Notes under the pieces: generated by a model
Database searches by the model: none
What the model was told of the DNA's origin: nothing
The model's input: only the letters and a program-made list of their open reading frames with translations
Made by a program: the position numbers and the translations under genes
Shown here: positions 18,328 through 27,120 of the stretch, piece by piece
Layout of the letters: every line of letters starts with the position of its first letter
How positions within the stretch are numbered: the stretch's first letter is position 1
Source: an uncultured Verrucomicrobiae bacterium
Lineage (GTDB): Bacteria; Verrucomicrobiota; Verrucomicrobiia; Limisphaerales; UBA11358
Reading direction: 5' to 3'
Assembly (NCBI GenBank): GCA_963820205.1
Contig: CAWFZJ010000016.1
Coordinates: forward strand, 4,493 to 68,492
DNA: 64,000 bases

Positions 18328-19842
18328 ATGCCAACGCAGCCAATGAATTCATCACGCCAGCAATACATTTCCAAATCCACCTATCTGATGGGGCTGCAAT
18401 GTCAGAAGCTGATTTGGTTCCGCTACAATGCCAAAGACCAAATCCCCGCTCCCGATCGAAGCGACACAGGCCGTTTTCGATCAAGGCACGGAAGTCGGCG
18501 AACTGGCGAGACAACTTTTTCCCGGTGGCATCGTGGTTGCGCCCGGCATCATCGCTCCCGACGAAGTCATCGCCGAAACCCAAAAGGCGATTCAAGCCCG
18601 CCGCCCTTTGTATGAAGCCGCGTTCGTTTTTCATGGCGGCTATGCCCGCACGGACATCCTCGTGCCGGTGGCCGGTGATGCGTGGGATTTGATTGAGGTC
18701 AAATCCACCACCAAGCTGAAGGAAGAAGTCCATCTGCCCGACATCGCGTTTCAAGCCTTTGTGCTCGCCGGGGCGGGAATCAAAATCCGCAAATGCTTTC
18801 TCGCCCACATCAACAACGAATTTGTCCGGCACGGCGCGATTGACCCGCAGAAGTTTTTCACGCTTGAAGACGTCACCAGGCAAGTCTCCGGCTTGAGCCG
18901 CGAGGTCGGGGAACAATTGGATGCGCTGCAACGCATCATCGGCGCGAAGGCGCATCCTGAAATCCAAATCGGCCCGCATTGCGACGATCCCTACACCTGC
19001 CCGTTGCACGAACGCTGCTGGTCGTTCCTGCCCGAAGCCAGCGTCTTCACGCTTTATCGCGGCGGCAAGAGAAGTTTCACGCTGCTCAAGCAGGGCATCC
19101 AGCATCTGGAAAAAATTCCCGCCGACTTCGCGCTCACCGACAATCAATCCATCCAGCGCGCCGCCCTGCTCGCGGGCAAACCGCACCTTGACCGCCCCGC
19201 ACTCGCGGCTTTTCTCGGCCAGCTTGAATATCCCGTCAGCTTTCTGGACTTTGAAACCATCGCCACGGCCATCCCGCTGTTTGAGACTCGCGCCCGTTCC
19301 AGCAGATTCCGTTTCAATACTCCCTGCACATTCTCCGCCGGTCGATTGCCACGTCGAGGCTCGACCCGGAACACCACTCGTTTTTGGCGGACGGCACGGC
19401 TGACCCGCGCCCGGAATTCATGCGCCAACTGTGCGCCGCCCTGCCGGAAACCGGCTCGGTGGTGACTTACAACGCCAGCTTTGAAACCGGACGATTGAAG
19501 GAAAATTGCGAACTGCTGCCGGAATTCAAACCGTGGTTCAGGAAAGTGACGCCGCGCATCGTTGACCTGCTGCTGCCGTTCCGTGGCTTCCGCTACTACC
19601 ACCCGCAGCAGCACGGCAGCGCGTCAATGAAAGCCGTGCTGCCCGCCCTGACCGGCAAGGGCTACGAAAATCTGGCGATTCAAGAAGGCGGCGCGGCCAG
19701 CCGCGAATTCCTGCGCGTGACCCACGGCCAAGTGACCGCCGCCGAACGCCGCCGCGTGCGCCAGCATCTGGAAGAATACTGCGGGCTGGATACGTTGGGG
19801 ATGGTTCAAATTGCTGGTGCCTTAACACAATTAACTGCCTAA
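18328..19842 (+). CDS. DUF2779-type PD-(D/E)XK nuclease with C-terminal DEDD-like exonuclease region, two frame interruptions
   Basis: The N-terminus ISKSTYLMGLQCQKLIWFRYNAKDQIPAPD is in the frame of ORF 17803..18615. The next segment, EATQAVFDQGTEVGELAR..DLIEVKSTTK..CDDPYTCPLHERCW..FLDFET, is in ORF 18428..19465. The last segment, RPFQQIPFQYSLHIL...to the end, is in the frame of ORF 19384..19842. The switches lie near 18457 and 19286-19295. Confidence 0.8.
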
Positions 19843-21116
19843 CCCGCGAGTTGATCCTGTTTCCGATTGTCTTTTGGTGGATTCAAATAACAGTCAGGCC
19901 AGCCTTTGCCGCTGGCCGCGCTTGGCCTTTTGAAAAGACAATCACAATCGTTGGTCTTTATTCCTAGATCGTTTGTCGGCTTCTCTCTTAAGATCCAAAT
20001 CATAGCGGCAGAAGCAGCTGTAACAAAAAGTATTGCTTGTTGCAAATATGCAAAACCCGGCTTTTGGTCTGCCCCCGCTGAACCATTTGTTAAATTGCAG
20101 ACTTCATTCCAAAACGAGATGAGCAGGGCTTCTGTCGCGCCAAGAGCATCCAAAGTAAACGTCTTATCACTCTCTTCGGGAGAAAGAAACAACCACCATT
20201 GGGTGTCAGGATTCTCGCGATTTAAATGTCCGCCCAAGCGAACATTGAACTCATCGGATTTTCCAATGTAAAACTTATTGGGCAAACGCAAAAAATAAAC
20301 TCCCCGGCGCTCACCAAACACATCCCCCTTTGGCTTCTCCATTCCAATGAACATCTTTAACCGTGGCATGGCGGGATCGCGCAAGGCTATGGTGTATTCA
20401 ATATGCCCACTATTCTCTTGTTTCATTTCCACGATAATCGGCCTGTTCGATAAACGACGAACAAAAGAATGCGAAGGTAAATTTAACAACCGCCAAGCTT
20501 TCTCCCATTCTTTTTGTGTTGGTTGGAGATACGGAACATCTTTAATCAAAGGTTCCGGTTTTATTCTCATTACTTTATTGTAAAAATCACTAGAAGGTCC
20601 GCGTGAGACAGGGCTGAAACCAAGTTCATTCCGCGCGTCTGTGATCAACTCTCCCGTCACATCTTTGACTTTTAATTGAATCTTTAATTGCTTGACCGGC
20701 CTTGCAACGAATGCTTCCCACGCTAACCGGCGTAGTAAAACAGCTTTGAGAGGGTCGTCATAGGAGAGAGGAATTTTTCGCTTTAGAATTTTCGGCGCGG
20801 ATTTTGGATCGTTTGCCGGAACGCCAACATCATTAGGTTGCTGCACATCGTCGGCAGTATTACTCGGTTGTTTGAACCTAAATACATTGGGAGATATTTG
20901 AACAAATGGGGAACATTCACCGTCCTTTTTGATGGAGGAGTAGATTTGAGAGCCGACTGTTGCCTCTGGCGTATTGCCAGTCACATTCCGCAATCCACGC
21001 TCTTTGATGGCGGCAACAATGTCGGGGGAAGACATGGGTTTGTCGGATGCTTTAAGAACTTCAATAATAGCCCCGCGCCATGAGAGGTTCTTTTTGTTAT
21101 CTTGATTTTGATCCAT
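19839..21116 (-). CDS. HARE-HTH domain / GIY-YIG nuclease domain protein
   Basis: This 425-aa ORF is AT-rich. The N-terminus LSWRGAIIEVLKASDKPMSSPDIVAAIKERGL..TPEATVGSQIYSSIKKDG..F.QISPNVFRF fits HARE-HTH. The later segment RGVYFLRLPNKFYIGKSDEFNVRLGGHL...TEALLISFWNEVCNLTN fits GIY-YIG. Its 3' end overlaps the 3' end of the DUF2779 gene by 4 nt. Confidence 0.8.
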   Translation of the reverse strand: MDQNQDNKKNLSWRGAIIEVLKASDKPMSSPDIVAAIKERGLRNVTGNTPEATVGSQIYSSIKKDGECSPFVQISPNVFRFKQPSNTADDVQQPNDVGVPANDPKSAPKILKRKIPLSYDDPLKAVLLRRLAWEAFVARPVKQLKIQLKVKDVTGELITDARNELGFSPVSRGPSSDFYNKVMRIKPEPLIKDVPYLQPTQKEWEKAWRLLNLPSHSFVRRLSNRPIIVEMKQENSGHIEYTIALRDPAMPRLKMFIGMEKPKGDVFGERRGVYFLRLPNKFYIGKSDEFNVRLGGHLNRENPDTQWWLFLSPEESDKTFTLDALGATEALLISFWNEVCNLTNGSAGADQKPGFAYLQQAILFVTAASAAMIWILREKPTNDLGIKTNDCDCLFKRPSAASGKGWPDCYLNPPKDNRKQDQLAG

Positions 21117-21158
21117 AGTTGTGTGATTGGGATTGTTTTCTCCGGTAAAAAAACAGAC

Positions 21159-21533
21159 TTATGGTTTTGGAACCTGGGTAGAGGCGATTGGATGGATAAA
21201 AATGTTTGTCCTGACGGCCGGCAAAATCTTTATCAAATCTTCAGCACTATAGTTTTGCTCTTTAAACGTTCCATTCGGCGTAACGATTTCAATTTGACAC
21301 TTGTGCGCCTCTTGAAATTTCGCAATCGCTTGTGCGGTTATAGCCACGCTGCCAGCCAGTGCGACAGCGTATGCAAGTCCGCTCTTTTTGCTATTGAGAA
21401 GCAGTTCGGAAAAACGTGCATCCAACCCGTTTTCTTTGGCAAATTCTGTTAGTGCCACGAGCAATTCCTTGTCCCCCCTTAAATCAACTTTAACATTCAT
21501 ATGTGTTCGGCTGTGTGGTTTTAATTTATTCAA
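21159..21533 (-). CDS. hypothetical protein (start possibly MNVKVDL at 21500)
   Basis: This is a 124-aa ORF and the last gene of a four-gene co-oriented string. It has a beta-strand start, a central Gly/Ala-rich hydrophobic helix (GLAYAVALAGSVAITAQAIAKF), then QIEIVTPNGT. Confidence 0.6.
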   Translation of the reverse strand: MNKLKPHSRTHMNVKVDLRGDKELLVALTEFAKENGLDARFSELLLNSKKSGLAYAVALAGSVAITAQAIAKFQEAHKCQIEIVTPNGTFKEQNYSAEDLIKILPAVRTNIFIHPIASTQVPKP

Positions 21534-21535
21534 GC

Positions 21536-21886
21536 TTATTTCCGAGGAGGCTGTCCGAAACCGCCGAGCGCGTCAATCATCGTGTGCCAGACCGAGGCGT
21601 AAGCGTCATGTTTGGCTTGCTGGTCGGGCGTGCGCACGACGGTGTCCTTGAAGTTGGAATAGTCCAGCGAGTCGCCCAGAAACTGCATCACCTTCCACAC
21701 CTCGCCCTTGCCGGTGACGATGCGAAACGCATAGTCCGCCGCCTTGGTGGCGTGGATTTCCGCGCCGGGCAGCGGCACGCGCGCGACGAGGTTTTCCAAA
21801 TCCTGACGCACGCGGGCGCGGACATGAAACTCGCCCGGCAACTTTTGCACGATGGAATAAAATCCGTGTTTGGTCATCAGCCACAT
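21536..21886 (-). CDS. conserved hypothetical protein
   Basis: This is a 116-aa ORF lying 2 nt upstream of the next gene. The motif block is MTKHGFYSIVQK..HVRARVRQDLENL...LDYSNFKD. I have seen this block in unnamed hypothetical proteins of other bacteria. Confidence 0.65.
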   Translation of the reverse strand: MWLMTKHGFYSIVQKLPGEFHVRARVRQDLENLVARVPLPGAEIHATKAADYAFRIVTGKGEVWKVMQFLGDSLDYSNFKDTVVRTPDQQAKHDAYASVWHTMIDALGGFGQPPRK

Positions 21887-21892
21887 AAAATT

Positions 21893-22327
21893 TCAGTTTT
21901 TAGCCGCCACTTCGCGGTCAACTGATTCGCTGCCTGCCGCTTGAATTGTCGGCGACCCGCTTACTTTAATGAAAAATTCCCGGTAAATAAATCCCCAATC
22001 CAAATCCACCGTGACCCAATAGCAGTTTTCCGAAAGGAAATGAATGTGCCAGAGCGGCTGGTCATTGAGCCACGTCGTTTCGACTTCCGAGACCAGCGAA
22101 AATTCATCACAAGCCAGAATCCGAAAGCGGGCGCGCACCTGTTCGCCCCGGTAGGTGTAAAGCACCGAGTCCGGCGTGTAGGAGACAGTCAGGGGAATGA
22201 GCCGTTCCGGCAATGTGAACTCATGGAGTTTCGGATGATCGGGGCGCAAATGCCGCTTGATTTCGACCAGCGTTCTTTCGAGATCGCTTTGCCAGGTTCC
22301 AAGAATGGTTTCAGGTGTAACTTTCAT
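21893..22327 (-). CDS. hypothetical protein
   Basis: The 144-aa ORF overlaps the upstream gene by 4 nt (ATGA-type coupling). I recognise no domain. Confidence 0.65.
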   Translation of the reverse strand: MKVTPETILGTWQSDLERTLVEIKRHLRPDHPKLHEFTLPERLIPLTVSYTPDSVLYTYRGEQVRARFRILACDEFSLVSEVETTWLNDQPLWHIHFLSENCYWVTVDLDWGFIYREFFIKVSGSPTIQAAGSESVDREVAAKN

Positions 22328-22905
22328 GGAAGCTCCATTTCGTCATCGTCATCCGGTTCCGGCTTGTCATCGTCGGGTTCCTGCTCCTTCTCCTTGTAGG
22401 GAATGCCCAAAAGCAAATGCGTGTAGCGGGCGTTGATTTTCTCCATTTCAGCATTTGTCCAATCGTCGGAATGGGGATTTTGCACCAGGGATTTTGCGAG
22501 GTCAAAATTATCATTGATGTAGCAGAGCATCGCGTTGGCGATGGTTTGTTCCGGTGTTTGGCCCTCGAATCCCGGACGATGGAGTTCGCTGGCAATCCAC
22601 CGGTCAATCTGGCCGGGCGAATTCCATGGAATGATCGGCGTAAAGGACGGCGTCTTGCCGAGAAAAATATCCGCCATTCCCAGCGCGTAGCCATGATCGC
22701 AAGCCATTCGTTCTTCCGGGTCCATCTTCGACTTGTAGCTTTCCACGACCATATCGCGGTATTTTCGCAGGAGGTTGCCAACGACATCAGGATCGCCGAG
22801 ATAATTCGGCTTGGATGCCTGATCCAGCGCGGCAATGAAACCCGCTGCCGAAGGAGCTTTTTTCTTTTTCATGCCGGGTTTGGCAGCAGCAGCCTTTTTC
22901 GCCAT
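22324..22905 (-). CDS. hypothetical protein with Lys-rich N-terminus and acidic tail
   Basis: This 193-aa ORF is first in the string. It starts MAKKAAAAKPGMKKKKAP and ends KEQEPDDDKPEPDDDDEMELP. Confidence 0.65.
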   Translation of the reverse strand: MAKKAAAAKPGMKKKKAPSAAGFIAALDQASKPNYLGDPDVVGNLLRKYRDMVVESYKSKMDPEERMACDHGYALGMADIFLGKTPSFTPIIPWNSPGQIDRWIASELHRPGFEGQTPEQTIANAMLCYINDNFDLAKSLVQNPHSDDWTNAEMEKINARYTHLLLGIPYKEKEQEPDDDKPEPDDDDEMELP

Positions 22906-23020
22906 GCATGCAGTTTGCGCGGGAAATTTGGCAGCGTCAATTTCCGTCTATGCTCCCGTCGTCGTTTCACTTTGACGAGGCAAGTCGCTTCGACGCGACA
23001 GGCAGCGATCCCAAGCCACA

Positions 23021-23869
23021 TCAAAACCGGCGCAGTTCTTCCGGTTTTTTTCCCTGCTCACGGAGCGCCCGCAGGCTCAGCGCGTCGTGGCGCTTGGCCA
23101 GCCGCTTCCCTTTTTCGTCCAGCATTAGCGCGCAGTGATAAAACGCCGGCGTCGTCAAACCCAGCGCCCGGTAAAGCAGAATCTGCCGCGCCGTGCTCAA
23201 CAGCAAATCCGCCCCGCGCACGACTTCGGTGATGCCCATCGCCGCGTCGTCCACCACACAGGCAAGTTGATACGCCGGCACGTCGTCATGCCGCCACACG
23301 ACGAAGTCGCCAAAATCTTTTCCGGCCACGAACTTTTGTTCGCCAAAATTTCCATCGGTAAAGGAAATGGTTTCGCCGTCAGGAACACGGAAACGCCACG
23401 CAAATTTTGAGTTTTGAATTTTTAATTTTGAGTTACCCCGGCAAGTGCCGGGATAAATGGGCCCTTCATCGTCGCCGGCGTTGGGCGCGCTGGCGGCATC
23501 GCGGATGTCCTTGCGCGAACAAGTGCAGGGATAAACGAAGCCGCCGGCCCGGAGTTTTTCCAGCGCGGCAGAGTAGAACGTCCGCCGTTCACTTTGCGAA
23601 TACGGTCCAAAAGCCCCGCCGCAATCCGGCCCCTCCTGCCATTCAAAACCGAACCAGCGCAGGTCTTCGATCATTTGCGGGACGAACTCCAGTCTGAAGC
23701 GCGTGGAGTCAATGTCTTCGTTGCGCAAAACCAGCGTGCCGCCGTTCGCCCGCGCCCGTTCTTGCGCCACCCAAAACGTCCGCGCATGACCGAGATGCAG
23801 AAGTCCCGTCGGCGAGGGCGCCAGCCGGCCGCGATATTGCGGATTACAGATTGCAGATTGCGGATTCAC
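23021..23869 (-). CDS. gluQ: glutamyl-Q tRNA(Asp) synthetase
   Basis: It reads RGRLAPSPTGLLHLGHARTFW..LVLRNEDID..YPCTCSR..YQLACVVDDAAMGITEVVRGADL and is colinear with E. coli GluQRS/YadB. It starts at a GTG inside a heptamer repeat. Confidence 0.9.
   Translation of the reverse strand: MNPQSAICNPQYRGRLAPSPTGLLHLGHARTFWVAQERARANGGTLVLRNEDIDSTRFRLEFVPQMIEDLRWFGFEWQEGPDCGGAFGPYSQSERRTFYSAALEKLRAGGFVYPCTCSRKDIRDAASAPNAGDDEGPIYPGTCRGNSKLKIQNSKFAWRFRVPDGETISFTDGNFGEQKFVAGKDFGDFVVWRHDDVPAYQLACVVDDAAMGITEVVRGADLLLSTARQILLYRALGLTTPAFYHCALMLDEKGKRLAKRHDALSLRALREQGKKPEELRRF
23403..23434. repeat. AT-rich tandem heptamers (ARTTTTG x4.5) inside gluQ
   Basis: The repeat reads AATTTTG AGTTTTG AATTTTT AATTTTG AGTT. 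It is read in frame on the minus strand as NSKLKIQNSKF. Confidence 0.8.
23836..23869. repeat. tandem heptamers (ATTGCRG x4.9) forming the 5' end of gluQ
   Basis: The repeat reads ATTGCGG ATTACAG ATTGCAG ATTGCGG ATTCAC. It is read on the minus strand as M-NPQSAICNPQ. Confidence 0.8.
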
Positions 23870-23905
23870 AAAAAAATCATTCGTGCAATTCGTGATATAG
23901 GTATA

Positions 23906-24766
23906 TCAAAAAAACTCACTTGGATTTGCTGCGAGCCATTCGCCCAGGCCGGGCAGCGGCGTGGACAATACCTTCTGGACTTTGGTGATGTTCAACGACG
24001 TGTCCAGCGCTCGCGGCGGACCGGGATAATTTGCCGCCGAGCCCGGCGTGAATTTGGGATTGAGCTGCGGCCAGCGCGCCGCGATGAGCTGGCCGATTTG
24101 CCAGCGCGAAAGTTTTTCCGCGCCCGCGACGTGAAAAAGACCGGAACATCTTTGATTCGCCAATTCCCAAACCGCACGGGCCGTTTCGCCGGCGAAAATC
24201 GGGCTGCGAAATTCGTCTGTAAAAAGGGTCATGCCACGCTTTGTCTGCCACGCCAGCCGCAAGTCCTCGTTAAAACCGCGATTGCCAGCGCGAGACATGC
24301 CGCCATTGAGCGACGTGCGCACAACAGTGTGGCGCGAATTCTTCAAAACGATTTGCTCAGCGGCGGCTTTGGTTTCGCCATAAAAGTGCAGCGGGTTCAC
24401 GGGGTCGGTTTCGGCGTAATTCCCTTTGCGCCCGTCGAAAACCAAATCCGTGGAAAAGAAAACGAACGGAATGTCCGCCGCCAGTTCTGCCAACAAATTC
24501 GTGACTTCGACGTTCACACGTCTTGCCAGAGCGGGATTCTTTTGCGCATCGGCGACAACGGTGATGGCGGCGCAATGAATGACGAGTTGCGGCTGGTCTT
24601 TTTGAAATTCGCGGCGAACGGCGTCGGCATCGAGCAGATCAAGCTGGTCGCGCGTCAACGCGCGCACGCGCCAGCGCGGGGCAAATCGCGGCGCGGCCTG
24701 GACGAGATAATTTCCAATCAGCCCGTTGGCGCCGGTGATCCAAGCCAATTTATTTTCGCGCTCCAT
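23906..24766 (-). CDS. RmlD-like NAD(P)-dependent sugar reductase/epimerase (SDR family)
   Basis: It starts at an internal ATG with MERENKLAWITGANGLIGNYLV (Rossmann GxxGxxG). The active-site region is ..YGETKAAAE.. (YxxxK). It resembles dTDP-4-dehydrorhamnose reductase. Confidence 0.8.
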   Translation of the reverse strand: MERENKLAWITGANGLIGNYLVQAAPRFAPRWRVRALTRDQLDLLDADAVRREFQKDQPQLVIHCAAITVVADAQKNPALARRVNVEVTNLLAELAADIPFVFFSTDLVFDGRKGNYAETDPVNPLHFYGETKAAAEQIVLKNSRHTVVRTSLNGGMSRAGNRGFNEDLRLAWQTKRGMTLFTDEFRSPIFAGETARAVWELANQRCSGLFHVAGAEKLSRWQIGQLIAARWPQLNPKFTPGSAANYPGPPRALDTSLNITKVQKVLSTPLPGLGEWLAANPSEFF

Positions 24767-26246
24767 CGGGCTGTGAATTTGGCTGGGGCGCAGTGCTGGC
24801 CGGGCGCGGCAAACGGCCGATCCACAATTCGGTGGCGGCATAATTCCATTCCAATCCAGGACAATTCGGCGCCCCGCCATGTTTGGCATGAATAAAGAGG
24901 CGATCTTCGGGGCGCATTTTTTTGACCCAGGGTTCGTAGGCGCGCGCGTCGCCATAATTCCATTGCGCCTTGCGAAAGACTTCAAGGTTTTCCGGCAGCA
25001 TCAATCCCGGTTCAAAGCCCAAAACGTAACGCCACGGCGCGGTTGGATTTTTATAAAAAGTCGAATAAAAAACGTCCATGTCGGAATTGTAAATGATGCC
25101 GCCGGGTTCGGGCAGCCAGCCGGCGAGATCGGGATTTTCGGGCGTGAGATATTCGGTCGTCAGGTTCGCCGTCCAGCGGCTGTCGCGGTCGCAGGTGAAT
25201 CCGAGAAAAACTCCGGCGGCGATCCCGAGGGTGACGAACAAACGTCGGGCGGAATCGAAGGCCACGTGTCGTTCGAAATGCTCCTGGAATTCCAGCGCAA
25301 CCCACACCAGGAACGCAGGCACGCCCCAATCCCACCAAAACCGCTGCACCTTGAGTCCGAGCGCCCAGCCTAAAATCATCATCATGAAGGCCGGATTCAG
25401 CACCGCGCGCGGATTCCAGCCGATGGAGGTTGCGCGCCATAACAGCAGGGCGCCAACCGCGAGCACAGCGGAAGTTGCGCCGTCAGATGAATGCCATTCC
25501 GGCTCCAATTGGCGATTGACGGTAAAATGTCCGAAGGCTTCAAATAGGTGGCGCACGGCCTGGAATAAAAATTCCCAGGGATGGCCGGTTAGCGAACAGC
25601 CGAAAAAACTTCCCGCCAGCCAGCAGGCGCCGTAACCGATCGCCGACCGCCAGAATCCCGCGAACAAAATCGCCGCGCCCGGCAGCGCGAGCAAATACCA
25701 CGAACCATGAATCCAGGCCGATGCCGCGACGAGCAAGGCGGTAAAAATGGAAACCAGCAGGCGGGGTTGATCTTTTTCCTGGCGCGACCATAAAAATAAA
25801 ATCGTTATGAGCACCGCGTCGGTAAAAATGTAAGGCCGGCCGCGAGCGATCCGCGTGGTACAGGCCGGAATTATGATGGCCGCCGCAAAAAGCGCCGCCA
25901 GCCAGGCTTCCGGCCTCCGTAACCACGGCAGCGCGCACAACATCACCAAAGACATCAGCGCGACGACGGAAAAAATCACCAAATGTTCAGCGTCACAGCC
26001 GAAACCCTGGTGGACCCGGGCGAGAATGGCCTGCCAGCCGGGACTGGGATCAATTTGAAAATCGCCGCGCATGATCAGGATTTGCTGCCAGGTCTTGCCG
26101 GAAATCGTCTTGGCCGCGTGCCGCATCGCATCGTCGCCGGGCAAAAATCCGTAGCTGTTAATTTTCAGCGGAATGAAAATGAGGGTGGAAACGACAACGA
26201 TCCAAACGGCCAGAGGAATGTAGCGTTTCATGTTCTCCGAAAGCAT
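24750..26246 (-). CDS. polytopic membrane protein of unknown function
   Basis: This 498-aa ORF has ten or more hydrophobic segments followed by a soluble C-terminal domain. An alternative start is MKRYIPL at 26231. Confidence 0.75.
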   Translation of the reverse strand: MLSENMKRYIPLAVWIVVVSTLIFIPLKINSYGFLPGDDAMRHAAKTISGKTWQQILIMRGDFQIDPSPGWQAILARVHQGFGCDAEHLVIFSVVALMSLVMLCALPWLRRPEAWLAALFAAAIIIPACTTRIARGRPYIFTDAVLITILFLWSRQEKDQPRLLVSIFTALLVAASAWIHGSWYLLALPGAAILFAGFWRSAIGYGACWLAGSFFGCSLTGHPWEFLFQAVRHLFEAFGHFTVNRQLEPEWHSSDGATSAVLAVGALLLWRATSIGWNPRAVLNPAFMMMILGWALGLKVQRFWWDWGVPAFLVWVALEFQEHFERHVAFDSARRLFVTLGIAAGVFLGFTCDRDSRWTANLTTEYLTPENPDLAGWLPEPGGIIYNSDMDVFYSTFYKNPTAPWRYVLGFEPGLMLPENLEVFRKAQWNYGDARAYEPWVKKMRPEDRLFIHAKHGGAPNCPGLEWNYAATELWIGRLPRPASTAPQPNSQPDGARK

Positions 26247-26315
26247 GGCGGAGTCTAAAACGACTCCAGCGCGCGCGTCAATGCGCTCCCGTCAGTGTTG
26301 GACAGGTATTGGTCT

Positions 26316-26378
26316 GCCTGGACGGGATAATTTCCCAATCAACCCGTTAGCGCCGGTGATCCAAGCAAGCTCTGACAT
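26316..26378 (-). pseudogene. duplicated 5' end of the RmlD-like gene
   Basis: The minus strand reads MSELAWITGANGLIG.., then goes out of frame. Region 26316-26366 matches 24696-24745 with 3 mismatches and 1 inserted base. Confidence 0.75.
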
Positions 26379-26501
26379 TTTACAAACAATTACCATTGCC
26401 GATTTTCCCGCGTCGTTCCCTGGCAACAGCTCAAGCTTGGTGCAATTCCGCAAAATTCTTCAATGGAAGAAAATCGTCCGATGGCGTTTTCCCGTCCAGA
26501 A

Positions 26502-27110
26502 TCATTTTTCAATGTAGGGTGTGCTCCAGCGCGGATCCTTGCGCAGGGTGCCTTTCTCCATCACTTCGCGCATCATGTCCGACACCTGGTTCCAGTCCAG
26601 TTGAACCGTGGTTTTATCCGGCCATTCCTTTTCCTCCGTCCAAAATTCCAATTGCAGTTGCAACTGGCCGTTCTTTTCCGCCGGGGTCACCATGCTGAAC
26701 TGGTCCAAAGTTTTCGCGTAATCCTTTGCCGCTGCCTTTGACCAGCGCCATAACACTGCATCAGTAATGTCCAGCGGCAGGGCGGGTGACCGCACCGCAA
26801 ACAACCGCGGCTTGGTGCCCCGGGGGTCATCCGGGTCCGGCGACACATAGGCCTTCTCGCCCACAAAGATCGCCACGTCGCCATGGATGACTTCGGCAAC
26901 GCCGTACAAGGCGGGCCAGATGGGGGTGATTTTGCCGTCCGGTGCGCGGTACTGAATGGCAAGCCGCGTGTCGCCGGATTTGCCCGGGTGGCTTTCTTCT
27001 TCATAACCGCCGCTCAATGGCGCAACCGGGTGCGGAGACGAACAACCCGCCAAGCCGAGCCAGAGCATGGCCAGTGAAAAATGGACCATCGGATTTTTTA
27101 TCAGTTTCAT
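26502..27110 (-). CDS. lipoprotein of unknown function
   Basis: It starts MKLIKNPMVHFSLAMLWLGLAGCSS, a lipobox (LAGC). Confidence 0.75.
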   Translation of the reverse strand: MKLIKNPMVHFSLAMLWLGLAGCSSPHPVAPLSGGYEEESHPGKSGDTRLAIQYRAPDGKITPIWPALYGVAEVIHGDVAIFVGEKAYVSPDPDDPRGTKPRLFAVRSPALPLDITDAVLWRWSKAAAKDYAKTLDQFSMVTPAEKNGQLQLQLEFWTEEKEWPDKTTVQLDWNQVSDMMREVMEKGTLRKDPRWSTPYIEK

Positions 27111-27120
27111 AGGTGCCTGG

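Noticed and set aside
23594-24895. A 433-aa plus-strand ORF.
   Set aside because: It is antisense to gluQ and the RmlD-like gene. It is a shadow ORF.
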